From the NCBI GenBank assembly GCA_963778555.1, contig CAVZUR010000005.1:97756-161755 (forward strand): a DNA stretch of 64,000 nucleotides. Direction: 5' to 3'. The notes under the pieces were generated by a model. The model made no database searches. It was given only the letters and a program-made list of their open reading frames with translations, and was not told the DNA's origin. The DNA is from Candidatus Moraniibacteriota bacterium. Its GTDB lineage: Bacteria > Patescibacteriota > Minisyncoccia > Moranbacterales > UBA1568. Below, piece by piece: positions 54,623-64,000 of this stretch. The position numbers were made by a program, and so were the translations under genes. The stretch's first letter is position 1; each line of letters opens with the position of its first letter.

Positions 54623-54865
54623 ATGACTGGATATCTCATAGTCCTGCACGCCCTGGCCGTACTTGGCCTCATCCTCGGCGCCCATGCCCTATGGAAACAT
54701 CTGCCGGGAGGGTGCCAGCGCTGGAGGGCGAAACGTCGTACCCTCCTCGAGCAACGGAAAGTGCAACGATCCGTTGCAGAAAATGAGCAGAAGCGCATGT
54801 TGGAGCCGGACTACGGCTACGAATCCGCTGCCATCTGGCCGCTTCCGAACAAGACCAAGACCTGA
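54623..54865 (+). CDS. Small membrane protein of unknown function
   Basis: 80 aa. Good SD (gaaggagaaaacATG), N-terminal TM GYLIVLHALAVLGLILGAHAL, a basic segment, and a terminator-like hairpin downstream. Confidence 0.45.
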   Translation: MTGYLIVLHALAVLGLILGAHALWKHLPGGCQRWRAKRRTLLEQRKVQRSVAENEQKRMLEPDYGYESAAIWPLPNKTKT

Positions 54866-54885
54866 GCGATCAGTTCCGAAAAAAG

Positions 54886-54926
54886 AGTCCCTATCACGCA
54901 AACGCGCGGTAGGGACTTTCAATTTT
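54886..54926. terminator. Hairpin terminator between convergent genes
   Basis: Stem agtcccta/tagggact (54886-54893 / 54910-54917), preceded by A6 and followed by ttcaatttt. Confidence 0.5.
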
Positions 54927-54931
54927 CCAGT

Positions 54932-56174
<1,243 letters not shown>

Positions 56175-56232
56175 AATGGACGATTGCCCAGATTGATTAT
56201 TGCTGCTATCATACCACGCTTGTCAGAGTGAA

Positions 56233-57972
56233 ATGTCGTATACTAACAGCATGCGAGAGCGAGTCGATCCAGACGTTTTTTCTTTTCCTAATCCGAAGAC
56301 GACCGTTTTTCCCGGACGGTTGGTTCAGCGCGTGTTGGAAATGGTTCCTGGCACACTGACGTGGGGGACGCTCATTGGCATGGTGCTACTTTCGTTCCTA
56401 GAACCGTTGTATGCGGCTGTTTTCATCATCGTATTTGATACCTACTGGATTTACCGCGCGATCTATATCTCGCTCTTCTCGCTCCAGGCCCAGTGGAACA
56501 TTGCCGAGGGCAAGCGGATTGATTGGAAAGAACGTTACGAAGAGTCGGCTCATCCGGCTGAGTACATCGAAAAGCTGAGAGCGCGGATTATCGCACTCAA
56601 GACCGAAGCCAAAGCCTCCCGCGGTTTCGGCGAATGGAGGAAGCGTCGCGGTTTGCGGCAAGCCATCCGCCGCGCCAAACGCATTATTCACGAAACTGAG
56701 CGGCTTGTTCCAATGGAAAACGTTATCATGGATTGGCGTGACATCATTCATGTCGTACTGCTGCCGACCGCGGGCGAACCAGTTGAAGTGATCGAGCCAG
56801 CCATCGAGTCGCTCGTGAAGTCACGTTTCCCGCTCGATCAGATGATCGTCCTCCTCGCGACGGAAGAGCGAGAAGACCCAGCGACACGCTTACCGAAAGT
56901 TGAGGCGCTCCGAGAGAAATTCGGACATCACTTCAGGGATTTTCTCGTCACGACGCATATCGTGGAGACGGGCGAGATGAAATGCAAGGCATCCAACGCG
57001 ACCTTTGCGGCGAAAGAGCTCGTCAGTTATCTCGATGAGAATGGGATCGACTATAAACGCGTCGTCTTCTCCAATTTTGATTGCGACTCGGTCATCCATC
57101 CCGAGTATTTTCCGGCACTGACATACTACTATACGACGAGTCCAAATCGTCTCCGGCGGGCATATCAGCCGTTGCCCATGTACCATAACAATCTCTGGGA
57201 TACGAACGCGCTCGTCCGCGTGGTCGTGACGGGTTCGTCATTCTGGCACCTATACCAGTCGACGCGGCGCGAGATGGTGACGTTTTCCTCACATTCGGAA
57301 CCATTCGACACGCTGGTGAAGGTCGGTTTCTGGCCGAAAAACATGATCAGCGAGGACTCGATCATCTATTGGAAATGCCTCTCGTATTTCCATGGGGACT
57401 ACGAAGTGCAACCGATTCATCTGCCTGTTTCACTCGATGCCGTACTCGCTCCGACCTACTGGCGGACCATTGTCAATCAGTATAAGCAAAAAAGACGCTG
57501 GGCCTACGGCATCGAGAATTTTCCCGTGACGATGCGCGCGATCTGGCCGGACGCTGGCATCCGCCTTCGTACCAAACTCCGCATCATGTTCGAAATGCTC
57601 GAGGGGCACTACTCATGGGCAACGACGTCATTTCTCCTGACGTTTCTCGGCTGGCTGCCGCTCTTTCTCGGCGGCGAGGTGTTCAAGGAAAGTGTCCTCG
57701 CGCACAACCTGCCGTTCTTCACCCGCACGCTCATGACGCTGGGTATGGCGGGACTTCTGGTCACTATTCCGATGTCGCTGCTTACGTTGCCGCCGCGGCC
57801 CAAGCGCTATCACTGGTCGCGGACGCTGCTCATGTTCTTCCAGTGGTTCCTGGTGCCCATCGTCGCTTTTCTCTCAGCGATTCCGGCAATCGACTCGCAG
57901 ACACGCCTCCTCACGAAGCGCTATTTCGGCGAATTCTGGGTGACCGAGAAGATGCGGAAGATTGACGAGTGA
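56233..57972 (+). CDS. Membrane-embedded processive family-2 glycosyltransferase (cellulose/chitin-synthase-like)
   Basis: About 579 aa. N- and C-terminal TM helices flank a GT-A domain with VVLLPTAGEP, FDCDS (DxD), ISEDS and QYKQKRRWAYG (QxxRW). Confidence 0.75.
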   Translation: MSYTNSMRERVDPDVFSFPNPKTTVFPGRLVQRVLEMVPGTLTWGTLIGMVLLSFLEPLYAAVFIIVFDTYWIYRAIYISLFSLQAQWNIAEGKRIDWKERYEESAHPAEYIEKLRARIIALKTEAKASRGFGEWRKRRGLRQAIRRAKRIIHETERLVPMENVIMDWRDIIHVVLLPTAGEPVEVIEPAIESLVKSRFPLDQMIVLLATEEREDPATRLPKVEALREKFGHHFRDFLVTTHIVETGEMKCKASNATFAAKELVSYLDENGIDYKRVVFSNFDCDSVIHPEYFPALTYYYTTSPNRLRRAYQPLPMYHNNLWDTNALVRVVVTGSSFWHLYQSTRREMVTFSSHSEPFDTLVKVGFWPKNMISEDSIIYWKCLSYFHGDYEVQPIHLPVSLDAVLAPTYWRTIVNQYKQKRRWAYGIENFPVTMRAIWPDAGIRLRTKLRIMFEMLEGHYSWATTSFLLTFLGWLPLFLGGEVFKESVLAHNLPFFTRTLMTLGMAGLLVTIPMSLLTLPPRPKRYHWSRTLLMFFQWFLVPIVAFLSAIPAIDSQTRLLTKRYFGEFWVTEKMRKIDE

Positions 57973-58028
57973 GTTCAATTCGGAACCATGCCGTTCAATG
58001 ACGAAACAGTTTTAGTAATGGCGTATTT

Positions 58029-59768
58029 ATGAAGAAGAAGCTCGGATACATCTGGCAGCCGATTTGGCAGTATCATCGTGGCATCGCTTTCCTCGCGTTC
58101 GCCTGTTTCACGCTGGAAGCCATCCTCCAATACTCGCAGCCATATCTCATCGCTCGTCTGTTCCATCGCTCTCTGCTTGGAGAGTTTTCCTGGAGTACGC
58201 TCGGGAATGAGAGTTTACTCCTGCTTCTCGTCATTGTTTTAGGGGTCAGTTTGCATACGCTTGCCATCCGCTTCGATATCGATTTCCTGGCGCGTTTCGC
58301 CAAAACACTCATGTTCACGGTGTACCAGAAACTCCTTTATTTCGATATCACGCTCCATGAGAACGAATCGTCCGGGAAGTATCTGGGGAAGACGCGACGG
58401 GCAGTGGACAAGATCACGACGGGCGTGGACCAACTCCTCTATCAGTTCCTACCAGCAACAGTAGAAATCATCTTCGTACATGGAGTTTTCTTGTGGTACT
58501 CGCTCGAGGGTGGCTTATGGTTTTCGCTTAGCCTCGTACTGCTCCTCTCCTTCGCGTTCTTTGTCTGCGTGTATCTGAGCCGTATCTTCACGACGGCTTT
58601 CGAACAAGAAACGAAGATCAGCACATACTTTGTCGAAAGCCTGAGTCTGGTCCGTACCATCCGGTTCTTCTCGAAAGAAGACCACTACCGTGAACGCGGT
58701 GATCAGGAATTTAGCGCCATGGCGGCTATTTGGCAGGAAAAGCTGCCGCGCCTGACGCTTTTGCTCGGCTTGAAAGATATGCTGCTCTGGCTCCAGGGTT
58801 TCGTTTTCGCTGTACTGATTATCTGGCAACATCGGATCGGGGCGTTTCCGGATGAAGCTGGACTCTTCCTCCTCATCCTGGTGCCGCTGTATGTCCGTTC
58901 GCTCGCAAGTTTTTCTCGCCTCGTTGACCGGATGGCAGAGTTCTATGCAGCCTTGTCGCAATATGCCTCGGTACTCGACCAAAAGGAGCAAGTCGTCGAT
59001 CAAACGGTCACGCGGCCATTGCCGGAATCTATTCGAGGAGAGGTTTCTTTCGACCAGGTGACTTTTTCCTATGCGGGGACCGAGAGTAACCAGTATGAGA
59101 ATTTTTCTGTAGCCTTCCTACCGCGGCAAGTGACGGCGTTAGTCGGGGCGTCAGGTTCGGGAAAATCCACACTGGTGAAGCTTTTGTTCCGACTCTACGA
59201 TGTGAATAGCGGCTCCGTGAGACTTGACGGCATCGATATCCGCGAGTTTGCTCAGCGCGAATACCGTAAACTGCTCGCCATCGTTCCCCAGGATGTAGAG
59301 CTTTTCAATGCAAGCATCCGGGACAATATTTTGATGGGGGATTCTTTTACAGATGAGGCAGTCTGGAAGGCACTGCGCTTGGCAGTGCTCGATGATCGTG
59401 TGCACCAAATGCCAGAGGCATTGGATACTGAAGTGGGAGAACGCGGAGTGAAACTTTCGGGCGGCGAAAAACAGCGTCTCGGCATCGCTCGAGCGCTGAT
59501 CCGGAAGCCGAAAATCCTTGTCCTCGATGAGGCCACCTCAAGTCTGGATACGCTTTCGGAACGCCAGGTCAAAGAGGCTATCTACAATCTGGAACATCTT
59601 AATATCACCGTAATTGTCATCGCGCATCGACTTTCGACGATTCGGGATGCAGATGAGATCCTTGTCTTTGAAAACGGAACCATCGTGGAACGAGGGACAC
59701 ATCGGGTGCTCATCGATCAAAAAGGAAAGTACTTCGCGCTCCAAGGAGAGCAGATCATCGACTTGTAG
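58029..59768 (+). CDS. ABC exporter, fused permease/ATPase (MsbA/type-I exporter-like)
   Basis: 579 aa. Six TM helices, GASGSGKSTLVKLL (Walker A), LSGGEKQRLGIARAL (signature), ILVLDEATSSLD (Walker B). Confidence 0.9.
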   Translation: MKKKLGYIWQPIWQYHRGIAFLAFACFTLEAILQYSQPYLIARLFHRSLLGEFSWSTLGNESLLLLLVIVLGVSLHTLAIRFDIDFLARFAKTLMFTVYQKLLYFDITLHENESSGKYLGKTRRAVDKITTGVDQLLYQFLPATVEIIFVHGVFLWYSLEGGLWFSLSLVLLLSFAFFVCVYLSRIFTTAFEQETKISTYFVESLSLVRTIRFFSKEDHYRERGDQEFSAMAAIWQEKLPRLTLLLGLKDMLLWLQGFVFAVLIIWQHRIGAFPDEAGLFLLILVPLYVRSLASFSRLVDRMAEFYAALSQYASVLDQKEQVVDQTVTRPLPESIRGEVSFDQVTFSYAGTESNQYENFSVAFLPRQVTALVGASGSGKSTLVKLLFRLYDVNSGSVRLDGIDIREFAQREYRKLLAIVPQDVELFNASIRDNILMGDSFTDEAVWKALRLAVLDDRVHQMPEALDTEVGERGVKLSGGEKQRLGIARALIRKPKILVLDEATSSLDTLSERQVKEAIYNLEHLNITVIVIAHRLSTIRDADEILVFENGTIVERGTHRVLIDQKGKYFALQGEQIIDL

Positions 59769-59771
59769 CTT

Positions 59772-61860
59772 TTATTCCAAGTGGATGCGTTCTTCGAACG
59801 TCTGCAGCGCTTGGCGGAGAAGGGGATGGTTCGTGAGCGTTGGATCAGATTGTAAGACAGTGGCGGCTTTCTCGCGTGCAATCTGGATGAGTTTCACATT
59901 GGAGAGGTGCTCCATGGCGATATCCGGCAGACCTGACTGACGGGTGCCGAGAAAGGCGCCCGGACCGCGAAGTTTCAGGTCGATCTCGGCCAATTCGAAG
60001 CCGCTCGTGGTTTTCTCCAGCGCCTGAAGACGTGTACTTTCTGGACTTTTTCCGTCGCTTGGGAAAAGAAAGCAGTAACTCTGATCTACTCCGCGCCCGA
60101 CGCGTCCACGGAATTGATGGAGCTGGGAAAGGCCGAAGCGTTCCGCGCCCTCGATGAGCATGACTGTTGCGTTGGGAATGTCGATGCCAACTTCGACAAC
60201 CGCGGTCGCGACAAGGATGTCGAGTTTCCCAGTTTTGAAAGCCTGCATAACTGCTTCTTTTTCTCTCGTTTTCATCCGTCCATGGAGGAGGCCAATGGAG
60301 CGTTCGGGAAAGACTATTGCCGAGAGGCGCTCATATTCCGCTGTCGCTGCCTTCACATCCTCCAGAGTCTTGCTGACTTCAACGAGCGGAAGGATGACGA
60401 ACGCCTGGTGTCCTTTCCGTACTTCTTGCTCGATGAAGGCGTAGACTTTTCCTCTGGCTGCTTCACTGGCTGCGACGCGGGTGATAATTGCCTTCCGGAA
60501 TTTCGGCATCTCGTCGAGGAGCGACAGATCAAGATTGCCGAAGAGTGTAAGAGCGAGCGTCCGGGGTATCGGCGTGGCCGTCATAGTGAGGAAGTGCGGA
60601 ATAGTCGAATCCGACCCGTCCTCGCTGTCGAATGCTTTCTCTTGGAGTTTGGCACGCTGGGCGACGCCAAAGCGGTGCTGTTCGTCGACGACGATGAGCG
60701 CAAGCGATTGGAAACGGACGGCGTCTTCGAGGATGGCATGCGTGCCGATGATGATATCCGGTATCCCGGCCCCGATTGCCTGGAGAAGCGCCGGCCGGCG
60801 AATCGGTTTTCCGGACAGCGTCGAGAGGCTACCCGTGAGGAGGGCGACATTTTTCCCGAGCGGCGCAAAGAGCCGTTCGAATGTGGCGGCGTGCTGTGTC
60901 GCCAACACTTCTGTCGGTGCGAGCAAAGCCGACTGATAGCCCGTGAGTGCCGTTGCGTACATGGCGGTTGCGGCGACAACGGTTTTGCCGCTTCCGACAT
61001 CGCCGTTCAAGAGCCGGTTCATGGGATGCGTCCCGCGGATGTCGGTGAGGATTTCATCGGTCGCTTTCTGTTGGGCAGTCGTGAGCTCAAAGCCAAGCGC
61101 CCCGAAGAAGTGGTTGCGGTCACTCTCACTGAGAGTAAGCGGATGAGATTGTCCGTTCGTGGCCTTTTGGCGTACCTCGAGACTTTTGAGCTGGAGAAAA
61201 AACATCTCCTCGAACGCAAAACGCTTCTCGGCGAGCAACACTTGTTTCTCGGTCTTGGGGAAATGGAGATAGGCGAGCGCGGTTCGGAGATCGGGGAGAT
61301 GGAGATCGCCGATGATTTCGGCATCAAACGGGTCGGGGATGGCTTTCAATTTTTCAAAAAGCGTCGCAATCTGCCAGCGGAGGAATTTCGAAGTGAGTCC
61401 AGTCGTTTCGGGATAGACGGGGACGAGACGGCCGGTATGCGTCGCGCTGCGTTCGGCGCGCTCGAAAGCGCGGGATCTGCATGACGAGCCCGTCCCGGTC
61501 ACGCGAGACTTTGCCTGAAAGTCGGACGGATTGTCCCTCGCGCAATACAGTCTGAACGAAACGCTGATTGAACCAAATGACGCGCAGCGTCCCAGTCGAA
61601 TCTTCGATGTGCGCCTCAGTCAGGAGCATTTTTCGTTTCCATGTCCGGGTGGCCGAGAGTTTCGTCACCGTCCCCTCGACGGTCACTCGAGCTTCGGGCG
61701 TGAGCGCTGCGATGGGCGTGATGACGGAATAGTCTTCGTAGCGATGCGGAAAGTGATAGAACAAGTCACGAACGGTCTCTACGCCGAGGCGCTTTAGCGC
61801 ATACCAGTGAGTCTTTTTGACGGCGGGGAGGGTATCGAGGCGGGTAGTGAAATCGAGCAT
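59772..61860 (-). pseudogene. recG: ATP-dependent DNA helicase RecG with one frameshift near 61470-61475
   Basis: ORF 61354-61860 encodes the wedge/OB N-terminus. ORF 59772-61502 encodes the helicase core (GDVGSGKT, VVDEQHRFGV, MTATPIPRTLAL, HGRM). The frames meet at cagatcccgcgcttt, where removing one C from the CCC run restores ...LVMQIRAFERAE... Confidence 0.8.
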
Positions 61861-61993
61861 ATTCAGGAGCGTCAGTGGCTCTAGTATAGCGTATGAAAAA
61901 AAGAGACCCCGGAACGCATTGGCGGTCCAGGGTCATGAAGTCTCGGTTGTACAGCCGAGCGGGCAAGAGCGTAAAGAGTGATAGGACTCGGAC

Positions 61994-62347
61994 CTAGGTT
62001 CTGGTCCAGGGGCCGGTGAGCGAAGCAGGCGGCCCGTCAGTCGGCGAGATCGGGAGTTCAGCCAGTCCTTCGGGGGCGAGGTGAATCGCCTTCAGAAGAG
62101 CGAGGAGCTCAGATCGCACCAGCTGATCGTCGCTGCAGTCGCACACAAACCGTAACCGGTAAGGGTCTTCCTGGGCGTTGAAGCGGATGCCGAACTTGAT
62201 TTGTGGTTTTTGCTGCTTATAGTGCAGACCTTGGATGCGGTCATGCGCTCTGAGAATGCCGGCTTCGAATGCCGTGGTGAAGATGACCTCATACCCTTGG
62301 TTATCGGGTAGAGGGGCGATGGATTCAATTTGTCGAACAGTTGTCAT
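61994..62347 (-). CDS. Hypothetical protein
   Basis: 117 aa from MTTVRQIES (start at 62347, gagagg upstream). No recognisable motif. Confidence 0.5.
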   Translation of the reverse strand: MTTVRQIESIAPLPDNQGYEVIFTTAFEAGILRAHDRIQGLHYKQQKPQIKFGIRFNAQEDPYRLRFVCDCSDDQLVRSELLALLKAIHLAPEGLAELPISPTDGPPASLTGPWTRT

Positions 62348-62504
62348 GGGTTGCCCTCTCAAGATACGTGGAAGTGTTCTTCTTTCCTCTTGCCTTATTG
62401 TTAAGTAACCCATCCAGCGTACTGAAGAGTTCACACTTTGTCAATAAAAAACCCACCGCAGACACGAGCCGTGTCAGGGTGGGAGTGAATGGGAAGTCAA
62501 TGGG

Positions 62505-62882
62505 TCATTGGACCCAATGGGAGCCGGCGACGACGAAGGATTCCCCATTGTCTTCGGGGGAGCCAGTCTGTCCCGTCCCAAAAATGGGAAGATCATCGCT
62601 CGGTTCGAAACCGAAGTGCCGGACAACGGCCTTGAAGTCGGTCTGACCGAAGAGGCCTTGTTTGGGGGCGGGCTGGAGCAGGACGATGTCGTCCCGATCT
62701 TGGGGGAATTCAGGTTCGTACACCTGATTGCTGGCGACGATGAATTCGGCCACTCCGCCCATCATGATGCCCTGCTGTCGTCGCGACAGCGGTCCCTTGA
62801 AGTGGATACGGAGCGCCAAGTTTTCTTCGCCCCGACGGTATACGAGCGCCGCTTGGCGCACTGGAGGGAGCAGAGAAGTCAT
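62505..62882 (-). CDS. Hypothetical protein
   Basis: 125 aa from MTSLLPP (start at 62882, aaaggagatccca upstream). No recognisable motif. Confidence 0.55.
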   Translation of the reverse strand: MTSLLPPVRQAALVYRRGEENLALRIHFKGPLSRRQQGIMMGGVAEFIVASNQVYEPEFPQDRDDIVLLQPAPKQGLFGQTDFKAVVRHFGFEPSDDLPIFGTGQTGSPEDNGESFVVAGSHWVQ

Positions 62883-63033
62883 TGGGATCTCCTTTCGCAT
62901 TAAAAGGGGTTTGAGGGAGGTAAAACATCTTCTTTTTTTAACGAGCGACATCACTATAGCCAAAAAAATCCACTCCGTCAAGAGGGATTCTCAAGCTGTG
63001 TACATGGCGGTTGTCTCTAGAGTAGCAAATGTG

Positions 63034-63105
63034 TGCGCTCGGCAGGAATCGAACCTGCATTTCCGCCTTCGGAGGGCGATGTCTTATCCATTATACGACG
63101 AGCGC
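63034..63105 (-). tRNA. tRNA-Arg (anticodon CCG)
   Basis: Acceptor gcgctcg/cgagcgc, anticodon stem tcgcc/ggcgg with loop ctCCGaa, T arm gcagg-ttcgatt-cctgc, discriminator A. Confidence 0.85.
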
Positions 63106-63284
63106 TGACGGGATAGAGAGGATCTTCTCCTTATCCCATAGTATTTGTTAAAAGTTGCAACGCGTCCATTATGCAACAATGTTGAAATATGACAGTTATG
63201 AGCCTAGTGCAATTCTGTCTTCTAAACAAATAAAAAATCCAAAACAAAAACTACACCCTACTTCTCGTAATCACAAAGCGAAGT

Positions 63285-63473
63285 TTAGACTGAGGCTGTT
63301 TCGTCAACGAGGAACTTGCGAACTTCCTCCCGCAGCTCCGGAGTGTCCTGATGCCCATGGGAGCCTATAGCGTGCTGGACGGCGGCCTCGAGGACATGCT
63401 CCTCGCTTCCTGACATGTAGACATCGCAGTTCTTCTCACTTGGAAATTTTCGACAATCAGCTACTTTCCGCAT
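63285..63473 (-). CDS. DUF1059-like small protein
   Basis: 62 aa. MRKVADCRKFPSEKNCDVYMSGSEEHVLEAAVQHAIGSHGH fits the C-x7-9-C...EEvl...H....HG pattern recalled for DUF1059. Confidence 0.55.
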   Translation of the reverse strand: MRKVADCRKFPSEKNCDVYMSGSEEHVLEAAVQHAIGSHGHQDTPELREEVRKFLVDETASV

Positions 63474-63658
63474 AGTTATAATGCCGGCCTTTTATAAGTG
63501 GATTATATCGACCTATGACTAAATTATACACCTGTTTTAAAAGAAAGACGCAGGGCATGTCCTTCGAAAGGCTCCAGCATGTCTTGTGCGCGATCGACAA
63601 GCACTTTCTAATAGAGGGGGACCTTTTCTTTGCCACCCTGTTGTGACTGTACCAAATG

Positions 63659-63731
63659 TGCGCTCGGCAGGAATCGAACCTGCGACCCTCTGGACCGCAA
63701 CCAGATGCTCTATCCACTGAGCTACGAGCGC
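63659..63731 (-). tRNA. tRNA-Arg (anticodon GCG)
   Basis: Acceptor gcgctcg/cgagcgc, D arm gctc-agtggata-gagc, anticodon stem tctgg/ccaga with loop ttGCGgt, T arm gcagg-ttcgatt-cctgc. The acceptor and T arm are identical to those of tRNA-Arg(CCG). Confidence 0.85.
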
Positions 63732-63839
63732 GTTTGAGAATTGATGCTTGCAATTCCTAACCTACAGCATTGGCCTGGATATTCCAAATGAAAAACCCTC
63801 GAATGAGAGTCTTCTCCTGTGTATTGGTATTGAAGCGAA

Positions 63840-64000
63840 CTAAATATGTAGCATTTTCTCCAACGTGTCAATCACGGTCGGATGGTGCTTTTCCTCAGGA
63901 ACGTAGGCCAGCAGCACGTCGCGCAGCCTTGCTTCGGGGAGGTCGCCGAGCGGAATGTGAATGAAGGGCGAAAGAATGCCGTTCGAATGGAGACTGAGGA
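63840..64000 (-). CDS. 3' end of an unidentified gene that continues beyond the window
   Basis: The minus-strand frame is open from the window edge to a TAG at 63840-63842 (...PLGDLPEARLRDVLLAYVPEEKHHPTVIDTLEKMLHI*). It is absent from the ORF track because no start codon lies inside the window. Confidence 0.35.
   Translation of the reverse strand, partial: LSLHSNGILSPFIHIPLGDLPEARLRDVLLAYVPEEKHHPTVIDTLEKMLHI

Noticed and set aside
63770-63964. 64-aa plus-strand ORF near the window end.
   Set aside because: It is antisense to a longer open minus-strand frame that runs off the window edge. Its composition is Arg/Ala-rich and shadow-like.

Overview
This 64-kb window looks like a chromosomal segment from a small-genome bacterium, probably of Patescibacteria/CPR type. 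That placement is an inference from gene content: an array of TrbC/VirB2-like pilin genes, Hint and GIY-YIG genes, an O-antigen-ligase/TPR fusion and giant fibre proteins. It has not been checked against any database. From left to right the window contains: (1) the 3' part of a giant repetitive surface-fibre gene with a tail-fibre chaperone (Peptidase_S74-like) domain; (2) a divergent YcaO/SagB azoline-RiPP-like locus (8.8-13.7 kb) with two mosaic inverted YcaO paralogs, followed directly by a small Cys/Ser/Gly-rich membrane peptide interrupted by a complete mini-intein; (3) a lower-GC surface-glycopolymer block (about 14.5-29 kb) with split CDP-ribitol synthase-like genes, two TagF-like phosphotransferases, tandemly duplicated GT2 genes, a CapK/PaaK-like ligase, SDRs, an ASST-like protein and UXS; (4) an O-antigen-ligase-like/TPR protein followed by seven consecutive pilin-like paralogs, the last two carrying Cys-rich modules; (5) a 298-bp GIY-YIG cassette with 16-bp inverted repeats; (6) housekeeping genes (nusA, ppa, tig, clpP, valS, tsaD, recG, Hsp20, VanW, ABC exporter, GH1/GT2 pair) and seven tRNAs. 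No rRNA, CRISPR array, transposase, integrase or reverse transcriptase was recognised. At least 15 reading-frame breaks occur across six genes. Several sit in homopolymers or repeats, so assembly indel error must be excluded before any of them is called a pseudogene.
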